Position numbers and translations under genes: made by a program. A DNA stretch of 29,901 nt, taken from positions 1-29,901 of the IMG/VR virus record IMGVR_UViG_3300038312_000093, one strand, 5' to 3'. This DNA comes from a virus. Positions 8,133 to 14,750 of this stretch are shown piece by piece. The notes under the pieces were generated by a model. That model did no database searches. It had not been told where the DNA came from and saw only the letters and a list, made by a program, of their open reading frames with translations. The first letter of the stretch is position 1. Every line of letters begins with the position of its first letter.

Positions 8133-8411
8133 ATGAAAGACAACACCAACCAACCAACAGAAAAAACCCTTGACGACGAGATTTTAGAGGACTTCGCAGA
8201 ACTAGAAGTAATATTAGGAGAGATGCTCCAAGAAATCTTTGACAAAGGCAAAGAGGTCATCAACAACTTCGACAATGCCGATATACCAACATTCGTGCAA
8301 ATGAAAGACGAACTAGCTGAAAGACTTGAAGAGTATTGCGGTGTCACCCTGTTTTATGCAACGATCAACAACATCATGAAAGAAGAAGATGAGGAGGAAA
8401 ACAAAGAGTAA
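8133..8411 (+). CDS. small highly acidic early protein (92 aa)
   Basis: ATG 8133 lies behind AAAGGAGAAACAAC. By my count it has about 27 D/E against 8 K/R. The C-terminus is KEEDEEENKE. Confidence 0.6.
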   Translation: MKDNTNQPTEKTLDDEILEDFAELEVILGEMLQEIFDKGKEVINNFDNADIPTFVQMKDELAERLEEYCGVTLFYATINNIMKEEDEEENKE

Positions 8412-8427
8412 AAAAAACAATTAAATA

Positions 8428-8460
8428 GACACGCCGGGAAATTAGAAAACCCGGCGTGTC
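8428..8460 (+). promoter_or_regulatory. intergenic stem-loop (11-bp stem, no U-tract)
   Basis: GACACGCCGGG (8428-8438) pairs with CCCGGCGTGTC (8450-8460) around an 11-nt loop. AAACCAACAAAC and the RBS follow. Confidence 0.6.
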
Positions 8461-8483
8461 AAACCAACAAACAGGAGAGTAAC

Positions 8484-9347
8484 ATGAATGACAGTATTGT
8501 AACACAAACAAAAAAACAAGGAGAAAACAACATGCAAACCCCAAACCTTACAAAAGCCCTAATAGGCTTCCAAAAAGCGGTAAAACCCGCAAAATTCGAC
8601 GCTAATAACCCATACTATAACAGCCGATATGCCAGTTTAGGCGAAATCATCAACACCGTCAAAAGCGAAGCCGGAAATCACGGATTGACATGGATACAGC
8701 TACCGATATCAGAGGGAGACCGAGTAGGCGTTAGAACAATCCTAATGCATGAAAGCGGAGAGCAAATTGAGGATAGCATTTTGGTACAGTTACCGCCAAC
8801 GTATGTAACCAACAGCAAAGGCATTGACGTACTACAAAACCAAATCCAAGAGACCGGTAAGTACATCACATATCTGAGACGTTACGCCCTTGCAAGCGTA
8901 TTCGGGTTATATGCAGAGGAAGATAATGACGGAAACCAAAGAGACGGGAACCCAAGACAACCAAAGCAAACCAGTAGCAACAGACAGCCCGCAAGCACGC
9001 AAACTCCAACCAAAAAAACTGAAAAACCAAAAATTGAAAGACCGTACAAACCAACTGACTTGAAAAAACTTTTGATGGAACACGCCCCAAAACTGGCATC
9101 AGCAACCGCCAGTCAACAAAAAGAGGTTGTGGCAGTATTATCTCAGTACGCCGGAGATGATGAAACAAGACACAAAGTACAAAACTACCTGTTTGGCGCA
9201 GAGTCTATCAAAGACGTAAACGGTCGCATCATTGCAGCAGCGCACAGGTGGTTAGACGCAGAATGGAACAGCCAAGAGAAAGTATACCTGTTACCAGACG
9301 TTCAAGCAGAGGAGCTATTCCTCGTGATTGAGGAAGCCACCAAATGA
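8484..9347 (+). CDS. erf: ERF-family single-strand annealing recombinase
   Basis: The pattern matches ERF proteins: LIGFQKAVKPAKFDANNPYYNSRYASLGEI...HESGE...QETGKYITYLRRYALASVFGLYAEEDNDGN. The C-terminal half is low-complexity. An alternative start at ATG 8532 also has an AAGGAG RBS. Confidence 0.8.
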   Translation: MNDSIVTQTKKQGENNMQTPNLTKALIGFQKAVKPAKFDANNPYYNSRYASLGEIINTVKSEAGNHGLTWIQLPISEGDRVGVRTILMHESGEQIEDSILVQLPPTYVTNSKGIDVLQNQIQETGKYITYLRRYALASVFGLYAEEDNDGNQRDGNPRQPKQTSSNRQPASTQTPTKKTEKPKIERPYKPTDLKKLLMEHAPKLASATASQQKEVVAVLSQYAGDDETRHKVQNYLFGAESIKDVNGRIIAAAHRWLDAEWNSQEKVYLLPDVQAEELFLVIEEATK

Positions 9348-10096
9348 CAGCAAAGCGGATAATCCGAGTTGCCAACCGTGAACAGTTTGTAGTCGTCCTG
9401 ACAAAGACAGCACAGGACGACACACTGTCATGGAAAGCAAGAGGAATATTAATTTACTTGCTATCGTTACCGGACAACTGGCAGATATACGTGAGCGACC
9501 TAATCAACAGAGCCCCGGATAAAGAAACATCAGTCCGGACTGGATTGAAAGAACTTGAAAAAGCCGGGTACCTAACCAAGCAAAGAACCAGAGACAGCAA
9601 AGGCAAAATAACAGGTACAGAGTGGATAATCCACGAGAAAGCAGAAGTCCAGCCATATGGTGAAAATCCACATGTGGAAAAACCACACGTGGAAAACCCA
9701 CATGTGGAAAATCAAGGACTAATTAATAAGAACTTAACTAAAGAAGTATCTGAAACTAAAAATAACTTAACAAAAGATACGCCCTCGCTTCGCTCAGGCG
9801 GTCACCGAGAAATGGTTCAAGCGATTGAAAACCTAACATTGTTGGACATGAAAATCAGAAGCAACGCCGGTCAAATAGTACGCCTTGCCAAAGAACTATT
9901 GACAGCCGGTTACACCCCGGAACACGTCACCCAGTTTGGCGAGCTATGGAAAACGGATTGGCGTTACAAGAAAAACCAAGCACCGCCGAGCCTAACAGTA
10001 TTACGTCAGGAAATTGGCAAAGTCAAAAACCACAAACCCAAACCCGCCAACGACCTAGAAGCATTCAGGAAATTGGCACGAGAACAGCAAAGCTAA
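9344..10096 (+). CDS. replication initiator / replisome organiser (winged-helix N-terminal domain, DnaD-like class)
   Basis: ATGA overlap with erf. The N-terminus (FVVVLTKTAQDDTLSWKARGILIYLLSLPDNWQIYVSDL...GLKELEKAGYL) is typical of phage replisome-organiser wHTH domains. It sits between erf and ssb and contains iteron-like repeats. Confidence 0.6.
   Translation: MTAKRIIRVANREQFVVVLTKTAQDDTLSWKARGILIYLLSLPDNWQIYVSDLINRAPDKETSVRTGLKELEKAGYLTKQRTRDSKGKITGTEWIIHEKAEVQPYGENPHVEKPHVENPHVENQGLINKNLTKEVSETKNNLTKDTPSLRSGGHREMVQAIENLTLLDMKIRSNAGQIVRLAKELLTAGYTPEHVTQFGELWKTDWRYKKNQAPPSLTVLRQEIGKVKNHKPKPANDLEAFRKLAREQQS
9662..9712. repeat. three and a half tandem 15-bp iteron-like repeats (candidate origin)
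   Basis: The copies are GAAAATCCACATGTG, GAAAAACCACACGTG, GAAAACCCACATGTG and a partial GAAAAT. Each carries a CCACATGTGG-type palindrome. An A+T-rich stretch (9715-9780) with two AACTTAAC copies follows. Confidence 0.6.
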
Positions 10097-10108
10097 GGAG
10101 AAAAAAAG

Positions 10109-10492
10109 ATGTATCACGAACTAACATTAATTGGAAGACTAGGGCGCGACCCGGAAGCACGTTACACAAAAGACATGCACGAATCCAGCAGTTTCAGCGT
10201 AGCGGTCAATTCGTATGGAGAAGATAATCCTGTCATATGGATAAACGTCACCGCATGGCGTGAAGCCGCCCAGTTCTGCAACAAGCATTTGAGAAAAGGT
10301 GACATGGTTTATATCGCCGGCACATTAAGAGCAGACAAGGAAACCGGCGCACCCCGAGTTTACTCCAAACGAGATGGCACGCCCGGCGCACAGTTCGAAA
10401 TCAACGCCCGGAACGTCATCGGCTTGGTATACGGACAGGAAAAAACACCCCAAAACCAAGAGGAACAGTGGGACGACGATATTCCATTCTAG
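10109..10492 (+). CDS. ssb: single-stranded DNA-binding protein
   Basis: The OB-fold N-terminus (LTLIGRLGRDPEARYT) is followed by a disordered Q/E-rich tail and the canonical acidic tip DDDIPF. RBS is AAGGAG. Confidence 0.9.
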   Translation: MYHELTLIGRLGRDPEARYTKDMHESSSFSVAVNSYGEDNPVIWINVTAWREAAQFCNKHLRKGDMVYIAGTLRADKETGAPRVYSKRDGTPGAQFEINARNVIGLVYGQEKTPQNQEEQWDDDIPF

Positions 10493-10549
10493 CAAGAACA
10501 GGAATTGGAATATACCCCAGAATTTTAGCTTAGATAAGGAGATAAGGAC

Positions 10550-10966
10550 ATGACAACACCAACAACAACCAAAGACCAAGAATTGGAAGAAATCTGCGTA
10601 GAATACTTCCGCCAGAACTTGCACATTGAATACTTAAACCATGAACGAGAAACCGCTATCAAGCTGGCGATTCCGAAAGAGATTCAAGAAACCATTGACA
10701 CCATTGATGCCACTTACGACCAGAAAATCAAAGACGAAATGGAGAAAATCAAACAGACGGAAAACAACATCAAAAACGCCGTTCTAGAACGCAAAGAAAC
10801 ATTCAAGATTAATGGTGTGACAGCGGTCTACAACAAAGGGCGTGTATCGTGGGACGACAAGTTCCTGAAAGGCGTTGCGGTCAAAATGCCGGTAATCCTA
10901 AAGGGACGGTCAGAGGGCAAGCCATACGTAAGTCTCAAAATTACAAAATTGGAGCAACCATGCTAG
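10550..10966 (+). CDS. hypothetical protein (138 aa, coiled-coil-rich)
   Basis: RBS is AAGGAGATAAGGAC. The N-terminal half is charged and helical. No confident family. Confidence 0.55.
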   Translation: MTTPTTTKDQELEEICVEYFRQNLHIEYLNHERETAIKLAIPKEIQETIDTIDATYDQKIKDEMEKIKQTENNIKNAVLERKETFKINGVTAVYNKGRVSWDDKFLKGVAVKMPVILKGRSEGKPYVSLKITKLEQPC

Positions 10967-11187
10967 TTTACAGCCCATTGGAACGTTTTATCGACAACGC
11001 CAATGACACGGTTCGTGACCAGTGTGAGTACTGGCTAAGCCTACTTGACCCGTTTTGGCAAGGTTATGCCAAGATGTTATTCGACAACTTAAAGGCAACC
11101 AAAATCAAAAACATGGGAGACGTGTCGTATGCAGAACTAGCATTAAAATTAGCATCCTACATGCAAGAAAAACAACTAGAAAACTAA
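10960..11187 (+). CDS. hypothetical protein (75 aa)
   Basis: ATG 10960 lies behind GGAG and overlaps the upstream stop (ATGCTAG). The track start at 10849 lies inside the upstream gene. Confidence 0.5.
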   Translation: MLVYSPLERFIDNANDTVRDQCEYWLSLLDPFWQGYAKMLFDNLKATKIKNMGDVSYAELALKLASYMQEKQLEN

Positions 11188-11196
11188 GATAATCAC

Positions 11197-11225
11197 GTCC
11201 GGGTGGTCACCAACGCCACCCGGAC
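11197..11225 (+). promoter_or_regulatory. intergenic GC-rich stem-loop
   Basis: GTCCGGGTGG (11197-11206) pairs with CCACCCGGAC (11216-11225) around the loop TCACCAACG. There is no U-tract. Confidence 0.6.
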
Positions 11226-11242
11226 AAGAAAGAGAGTAAAGA

Positions 11243-11824
11243 ATGTTTAAAGCAGATAATTTTAGACAAAGCCTTGAATTACCAAGCGTTACCGTATTGC
11301 CAGAAGAAAAGAAAGAAGCTGAAGCCGAGTACAAAAAATTATATAGTACTGAACCGGTACTCAACAACTTGACCGTGCACAAAAAAGAGGAAAGCCGATT
11401 CGCCGGTATCATTGGAGAATTAGTCTTCCAAAGGTTGTACCCGAAAGCAGGCAGAGTATCATTAATTGACCCCGGATGCCCATATGATTTTAAGTACATT
11501 TATGAGAAAGTAGACGTGAAATGCAAAGTAAGAACAAACGCACCAAAACTAGAATATGAAGGCAGTTTTTTTGCCTATCAATTAGATGAATTAAAACGCC
11601 TAGACGTGTTACTGTATTTTATGTCCACCACCAAAAAGTTTGACCGGGTATGGTTATGCGGTTACATGCCAACAGTTGGGTTTATGAATCATCCAAGATT
11701 GCAAGTATGGCAAGAGGGAGAAATAGACCAAAGCAACGGTAAGAAATACCACGCAAAAACGTACGGATTAGCATACGAACACATGTACCCTATAAACGTG
11801 AATAAGATACAAAAGTGGCTTTAG
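11243..11824 (+). CDS. putative PD-(D/E)xK-fold nuclease
   Basis: GIIGELVF ... PYDF ... EKVDVKCK has the spacing of an E / D / (D/E)xK restriction-endonuclease-like core. It is the last gene of the recombination/replication block. Confidence 0.45.
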   Translation: MFKADNFRQSLELPSVTVLPEEKKEAEAEYKKLYSTEPVLNNLTVHKKEESRFAGIIGELVFQRLYPKAGRVSLIDPGCPYDFKYIYEKVDVKCKVRTNAPKLEYEGSFFAYQLDELKRLDVLLYFMSTTKKFDRVWLCGYMPTVGFMNHPRLQVWQEGEIDQSNGKKYHAKTYGLAYEHMYPINVNKIQKWL

Positions 11825-11841
11825 AAAATTGGTCAGAAATT

Positions 11842-11856
11842 GGGTCAAATTGACCC
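11842..11856. promoter_or_regulatory. operator-like palindrome abutting the -35 of P2
   Basis: GGGTCAA-A-TTGACCC has perfect 7-bp arms and a 1-nt centre, too tight for an RNA hairpin. TTGGTCA and TTGACA half-site-like copies flank it. Confidence 0.4.
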
Positions 11857-11885
11857 TTGACAAAAATCTAGACACCCTTTATAAT
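11857..11885 (+). promoter_or_regulatory. promoter P2 (perfect sigma70 consensus)
   Basis: -35 is TTGACA (11857-11862), the spacer is exactly 17 nt, and -10 is TATAAT (11880-11885). The GTGTAGTTCAA box and A/C-rich leader match P1. Confidence 0.8.
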
Positions 11886-11933
11886 ACTAGTGTAGTTCAA
11901 AAACAACCAACAAAACCAAGGAGAAAAAACAAA

Positions 11934-12254
11934 ATGAACGCAAAGAAACAATACACCCAAGAAGTCATCAACAAAGTCAATGAATTAGGATACGAACTTA
12001 ATTCAGTCCAACCAGAGAACACTTGGTCACGTCAAGTTATCGCCTACTCGTTAGACCTAGACCGAGATATCACCGTTTATAGAAGCGTTGAAGAAACCAC
12101 AACACATGCACACTTAAGAGCCTATCAAAACATTGAAGAAGCCAAAGAAACTGCCAAAGCATATGAGAGAGCAATCGCAGCAGCGGAGTACATCCAAAGC
12201 ATTGATATGAACCAAATGCTAGAAGTTAACTGCAATCGCATTATTGAAAGATAA
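11934..12254 (+). CDS. hypothetical protein (106 aa)
   Basis: ATG 11934 lies behind AAGGAGAAAAAACAAA. The track start at 11829 would read through the promoter. Confidence 0.6.
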   Translation: MNAKKQYTQEVINKVNELGYELNSVQPENTWSRQVIAYSLDLDRDITVYRSVEETTTHAHLRAYQNIEEAKETAKAYERAIAAAEYIQSIDMNQMLEVNCNRIIER

Positions 12255-12286
12255 GAAACCAACACCAACAAACCAAAGGAGAAACC

Positions 12287-12772
12287 ATGAAAGCAACAAA
12301 ACAGGACACCAAAGCAAAGCAAAGCCTAATCAACGCAATCGCTAAAGCGGTCAAGATGACATACGAACAGTATAAAGACCATTCGGTCATTGCAAGGTCA
12401 TTCGGGAGCAGTACCTTTGACATCATCGAAAGCCATAGCGAACAACAGACCCAGAACCCAGACACCTACACCTGTACCGTAACAGAAGACGACGTTATTT
12501 ATTTTGCACAAGCAGTTGACGTTGATAACAGACAGGACATGTACTATGAAATCGCTGTCATCATTGCCAACAATCTGCACAAGTACAGAAAACCAGACAC
12601 GGTTGTCATCAATGGAAGAACCATTGATTGGGAAGTCGCATTACAGTACATGGACGATGAAATCAGAGAAGCAGTCGCAAGCTATGAGACTATCACCTCC
12701 AACCAAGAATTCGTAGACGAGTACGCCAAGCAACACTATTACGATTTCAAAGAGGTTTTTGAAATCAACTAA
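12287..12772 (+). CDS. hypothetical protein (161 aa)
   Basis: RBS is AAAGGAGAAACC. The C-terminal ALQYMDDEIREAV...NQEFVDEYAKQH resembles a motif I recall in small mobile-element proteins, but I cannot name a family. Confidence 0.6.
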   Translation: MKATKQDTKAKQSLINAIAKAVKMTYEQYKDHSVIARSFGSSTFDIIESHSEQQTQNPDTYTCTVTEDDVIYFAQAVDVDNRQDMYYEIAVIIANNLHKYRKPDTVVINGRTIDWEVALQYMDDEIREAVASYETITSNQEFVDEYAKQHYYDFKEVFEIN

Positions 12773-12788
12773 CACCAACGAACAGCAC

Positions 12789-12815
12789 CCCGGGCGGACA
12801 CCAACACCGCCCGGG
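12789..12815 (+). promoter_or_regulatory. intergenic GC-rich stem-loop (CCCGGG core)
   Basis: CCCGGGCGG (12789-12797) pairs with CCGCCCGGG (12807-12815) around the loop ACACCAACA. The RBS follows immediately. Confidence 0.65.
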
Positions 12816-12829
12816 AAAGGAGAAACAAC

Positions 12830-13432
12830 ATGAGCGAAGTAAACAAATGCCCAAGATGCGAAGAGGTAAGAGAATATCATTTTTTGAAAAGTAACCAAGA
12901 GTTATATTGCGATAAATGCTTGTCCTCGTTTGACCCTATGTACCAAGAAAACCGACTTGGCAAAGTAGCTGATATTTTACTTGAAATCGACATGTCCGGA
13001 ACATGCAGAGGAAACATCATCATGCCAAACCGATTAGAACAGGTCATCAAGCACCATGAAAACCTGTATCAGTCTATATCCATCGAACTGGACGAGCAGC
13101 GGCAAGAAATAACCGATTACAAAGAAAGAACCAAAGATAAGAAATTCGTTGACAACAAAAACATTTTATGCCCGGAATGTCTGAATTATGAATACCTGTA
13201 CGTTGGAGAAAGAGGTTGGTTCTATTGCGCCAAATGCGACCAAGATATTTTAGAAGATGACATGCTCACCGTTAGCAGGCACAATCCAATCTGCCACAGG
13301 TGCGGTAAAAACCTTACGACCGAAAGTTGGACGTATGCCCGGTGTGGTGAAGACCACAGAACAGGCATTGGCATTTGGTGTGCAGTCTGCAAGCAACCTG
13401 CTGAAATATATGATGATGACATTCCATTTTAG
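12830..13432 (+). CDS. triple zinc-ribbon protein ending in an SSB-type acidic tip (DDDIPF)
   Basis: The Cys pairs are C7xxC10...C27xxC30, C114xxC117...C133xxC136 and C155xxC158...C184xxC187. A charged helix lies between ribbons 1 and 2. The last six residues, DDDIPF, are identical to the phage SSB tail at 10475-10492. Confidence 0.7.
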   Translation: MSEVNKCPRCEEVREYHFLKSNQELYCDKCLSSFDPMYQENRLGKVADILLEIDMSGTCRGNIIMPNRLEQVIKHHENLYQSISIELDEQRQEITDYKERTKDKKFVDNKNILCPECLNYEYLYVGERGWFYCAKCDQDILEDDMLTVSRHNPICHRCGKNLTTESWTYARCGEDHRTGIGIWCAVCKQPAEIYDDDIPF

Positions 13433-13452
13433 GCGGAGCAAGGAAAAATCCA

Positions 13453-13620
13453 ATGAAAACACTAATTGACTTTGCAATCCTATACATTACATACATCGTG
13501 CCATTTATAGCGATTTTGACCCTGTTTTACTTCGTAGAACAAACGATAATAAAAAGGTCAAATAGAAATAAAGCAGACCGTTACCCGGTCATCAAAACAG
13601 TAAGGAGAAAATATGAGTAA
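13453..13620 (+). CDS. small membrane protein (55 aa; below the ORF-track cutoff)
   Basis: ATG 13453 lies behind AAGGAAAAATCC. The protein is MKTLIDFAILYITYIVPFIAILTLFYFV plus a basic tail. It fills an otherwise non-coding gap and overlaps the next start by 8 nt. Confidence 0.45.
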   Translation: MKTLIDFAILYITYIVPFIAILTLFYFVEQTIIKRSNRNKADRYPVIKTVRRKYE

Positions 13621-13855
13621 AGGAAAAGCCTATTTTAGCGTCCAACCGAAAAACGAATATTGGATGGCATCCGTCCAATTACGAGCAACCACCGGAATGA
13701 CAAAAGCAGATGTAGCCAGAGCAGCCGGAGTAAACATCAAAACGATTGACAAATTCGAAGCTAATGGAGCAGAAAGAATGGTTGTCGGAACGTTACGTAA
13801 AATCGTTGAAGCAATGGGATATGAATTAGTCCTAACAATCAAAGACAAGGAGTAG
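13613..13855 (+). CDS. XRE/Cro-family helix-turn-helix DNA-binding protein
   Basis: RBS is AAGGAGAAAAT. MTKADVARAAGVNIKTIDKFEANG is a typical HTH_3 helix-turn-helix. Confidence 0.7.
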   Translation: MSKGKAYFSVQPKNEYWMASVQLRATTGMTKADVARAAGVNIKTIDKFEANGAERMVVGTLRKIVEAMGYELVLTIKDKE

Positions 13856-13857
13856 AC

Positions 13858-14037
13858 ATGCACGAAGAATATTTTAAGCCATGCCCATTTTGTGGAAGCA
13901 AAGAAGTACTGAAACGCAAGGTAATGCTAAACGAACAAGTTGAATATATTACCGAGTGTCAAAAATGCTTTTGCGTTGTCCAAGGTTGGGGAGAGACCCG
14001 AGACGATGAACCTTGGAATCAAAGAGACAACGAATAA
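13858..14037 (+). CDS. Lar-family restriction alleviation protein (59 aa; below the ORF-track cutoff)
   Basis: MHEEYFKPCPFCGSKEV...CQKC...PWNQR matches the KPCPFCG / CxxC / WNxR layout I recall for E. coli Rac Lar. RBS is AAGGAG. Confidence 0.6.
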   Translation: MHEEYFKPCPFCGSKEVLKRKVMLNEQVEYITECQKCFCVVQGWGETRDDEPWNQRDNE

Positions 14038-14064
14038 AAAACCAACACCAACAGGAGAAACAAC

Positions 14065-14271
14065 ATGAAAAACCAAGACAACATTGTAGAAAAACTAATA
14101 GCCGGTCAACGAGCAGAGAAAGCCGAGGCGATGGTTGAGCGGATGATTGAGGCAGGCAATCGATTATACGAATTAGCAGAAGAGCTTGATGATTTGGTCG
14201 ATGAGTTTCGCGCCTATCCCGACTTAGTAAGTTGGCGCACGCTCGTTGCCGAGTGGAAGGAGAGGGAGTGA
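14065..14271 (+). CDS. hypothetical acidic helical protein (68 aa)
   Basis: RBS is AGGAGAAACAAC. The protein is E/A-rich. Confidence 0.55.
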   Translation: MKNQDNIVEKLIAGQRAEKAEAMVERMIEAGNRLYELAEELDDLVDEFRAYPDLVSWRTLVAEWKERE

Positions 14272-14750
14272 TGAGCTATTGCAGGTTTTCAAACGCGGAT
14301 GCTTATATTTATGAAGCCGAAGAGGGATTTACTTGTTGCGGTTGTCGTATTGCTGAAAGCGGAATGTTCGTCTGTGAAACAGAATTAGAAATGATTGAGC
14401 ATATCGCACAGCACCGTAAAGCAGGCCATTTTGTGCCTACATACGTAGATGATATGTTGCGCGATGAGGTTTCAGACTACATCGCCACCCTCGAAGCCGA
14501 AGTTGAGGCGTTGCGACCGTATCGGGATGGGTATGACCCGAAAGAGCGGTTGCCTGAAGTAAACAAATATGAGCCGGACACCTCGGTTAATGTTGACGCA
14601 TTAATCCTGACGGCCAGCGGTGTTGTTTTTTGGGGCACGCTATATTACCACTTCGGTAAAAAAGAATGGTTAGGGATTCGAGACAATATGGTAATCCTTC
14701 GCTGGTATCCAGAACTTCCGTATTCAGAAAGCGAGGTGAGAAATGAGTGA
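14271..14750 (+). CDS. hypothetical protein with a Cys/His N-terminal domain and a DUF551-like C-terminus
   Basis: ATG 14271 overlaps the upstream TGA (GTGATGA) and lies behind GGAGAGGGAG. The N-terminus is YCRF...CCGC...HIAQHRKAGHFVP. The C-terminus (ERLPE...ILRWYPELP) resembles DUF551. Confidence 0.55.
   Translation: MSYCRFSNADAYIYEAEEGFTCCGCRIAESGMFVCETELEMIEHIAQHRKAGHFVPTYVDDMLRDEVSDYIATLEAEVEALRPYRDGYDPKERLPEVNKYEPDTSVNVDALILTASGVVFWGTLYYHFGKKEWLGIRDNMVILRWYPELPYSESEVRNE

Noticed and set aside
8428-8460. Hairpin preceded by an A-run, which would read as a rho-independent terminator on the minus strand
   Set aside because: No credible minus-strand gene exists for it to terminate. I treat it as part of the + strand hairpin family instead.
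9946-10227. 93-aa + strand ORF bridging the replication-organiser and ssb genes
   Set aside because: It is out of frame with two well-supported genes, is R/K/Q-rich low complexity, and has no RBS.
10550-10966. Possible Gam-like or Sipho_Gp157-like protein next to ssb
   Set aside because: Only position and coiled-coil character suggest it. I could not match any family motif, so it stays hypothetical.
12504-12716. 70-aa + strand alternative-frame ORF. The same applies to the similar one at 13257-13469.
   Set aside because: Both are nested inside longer, RBS-preceded ORFs in another frame. There is no support for overprinting.
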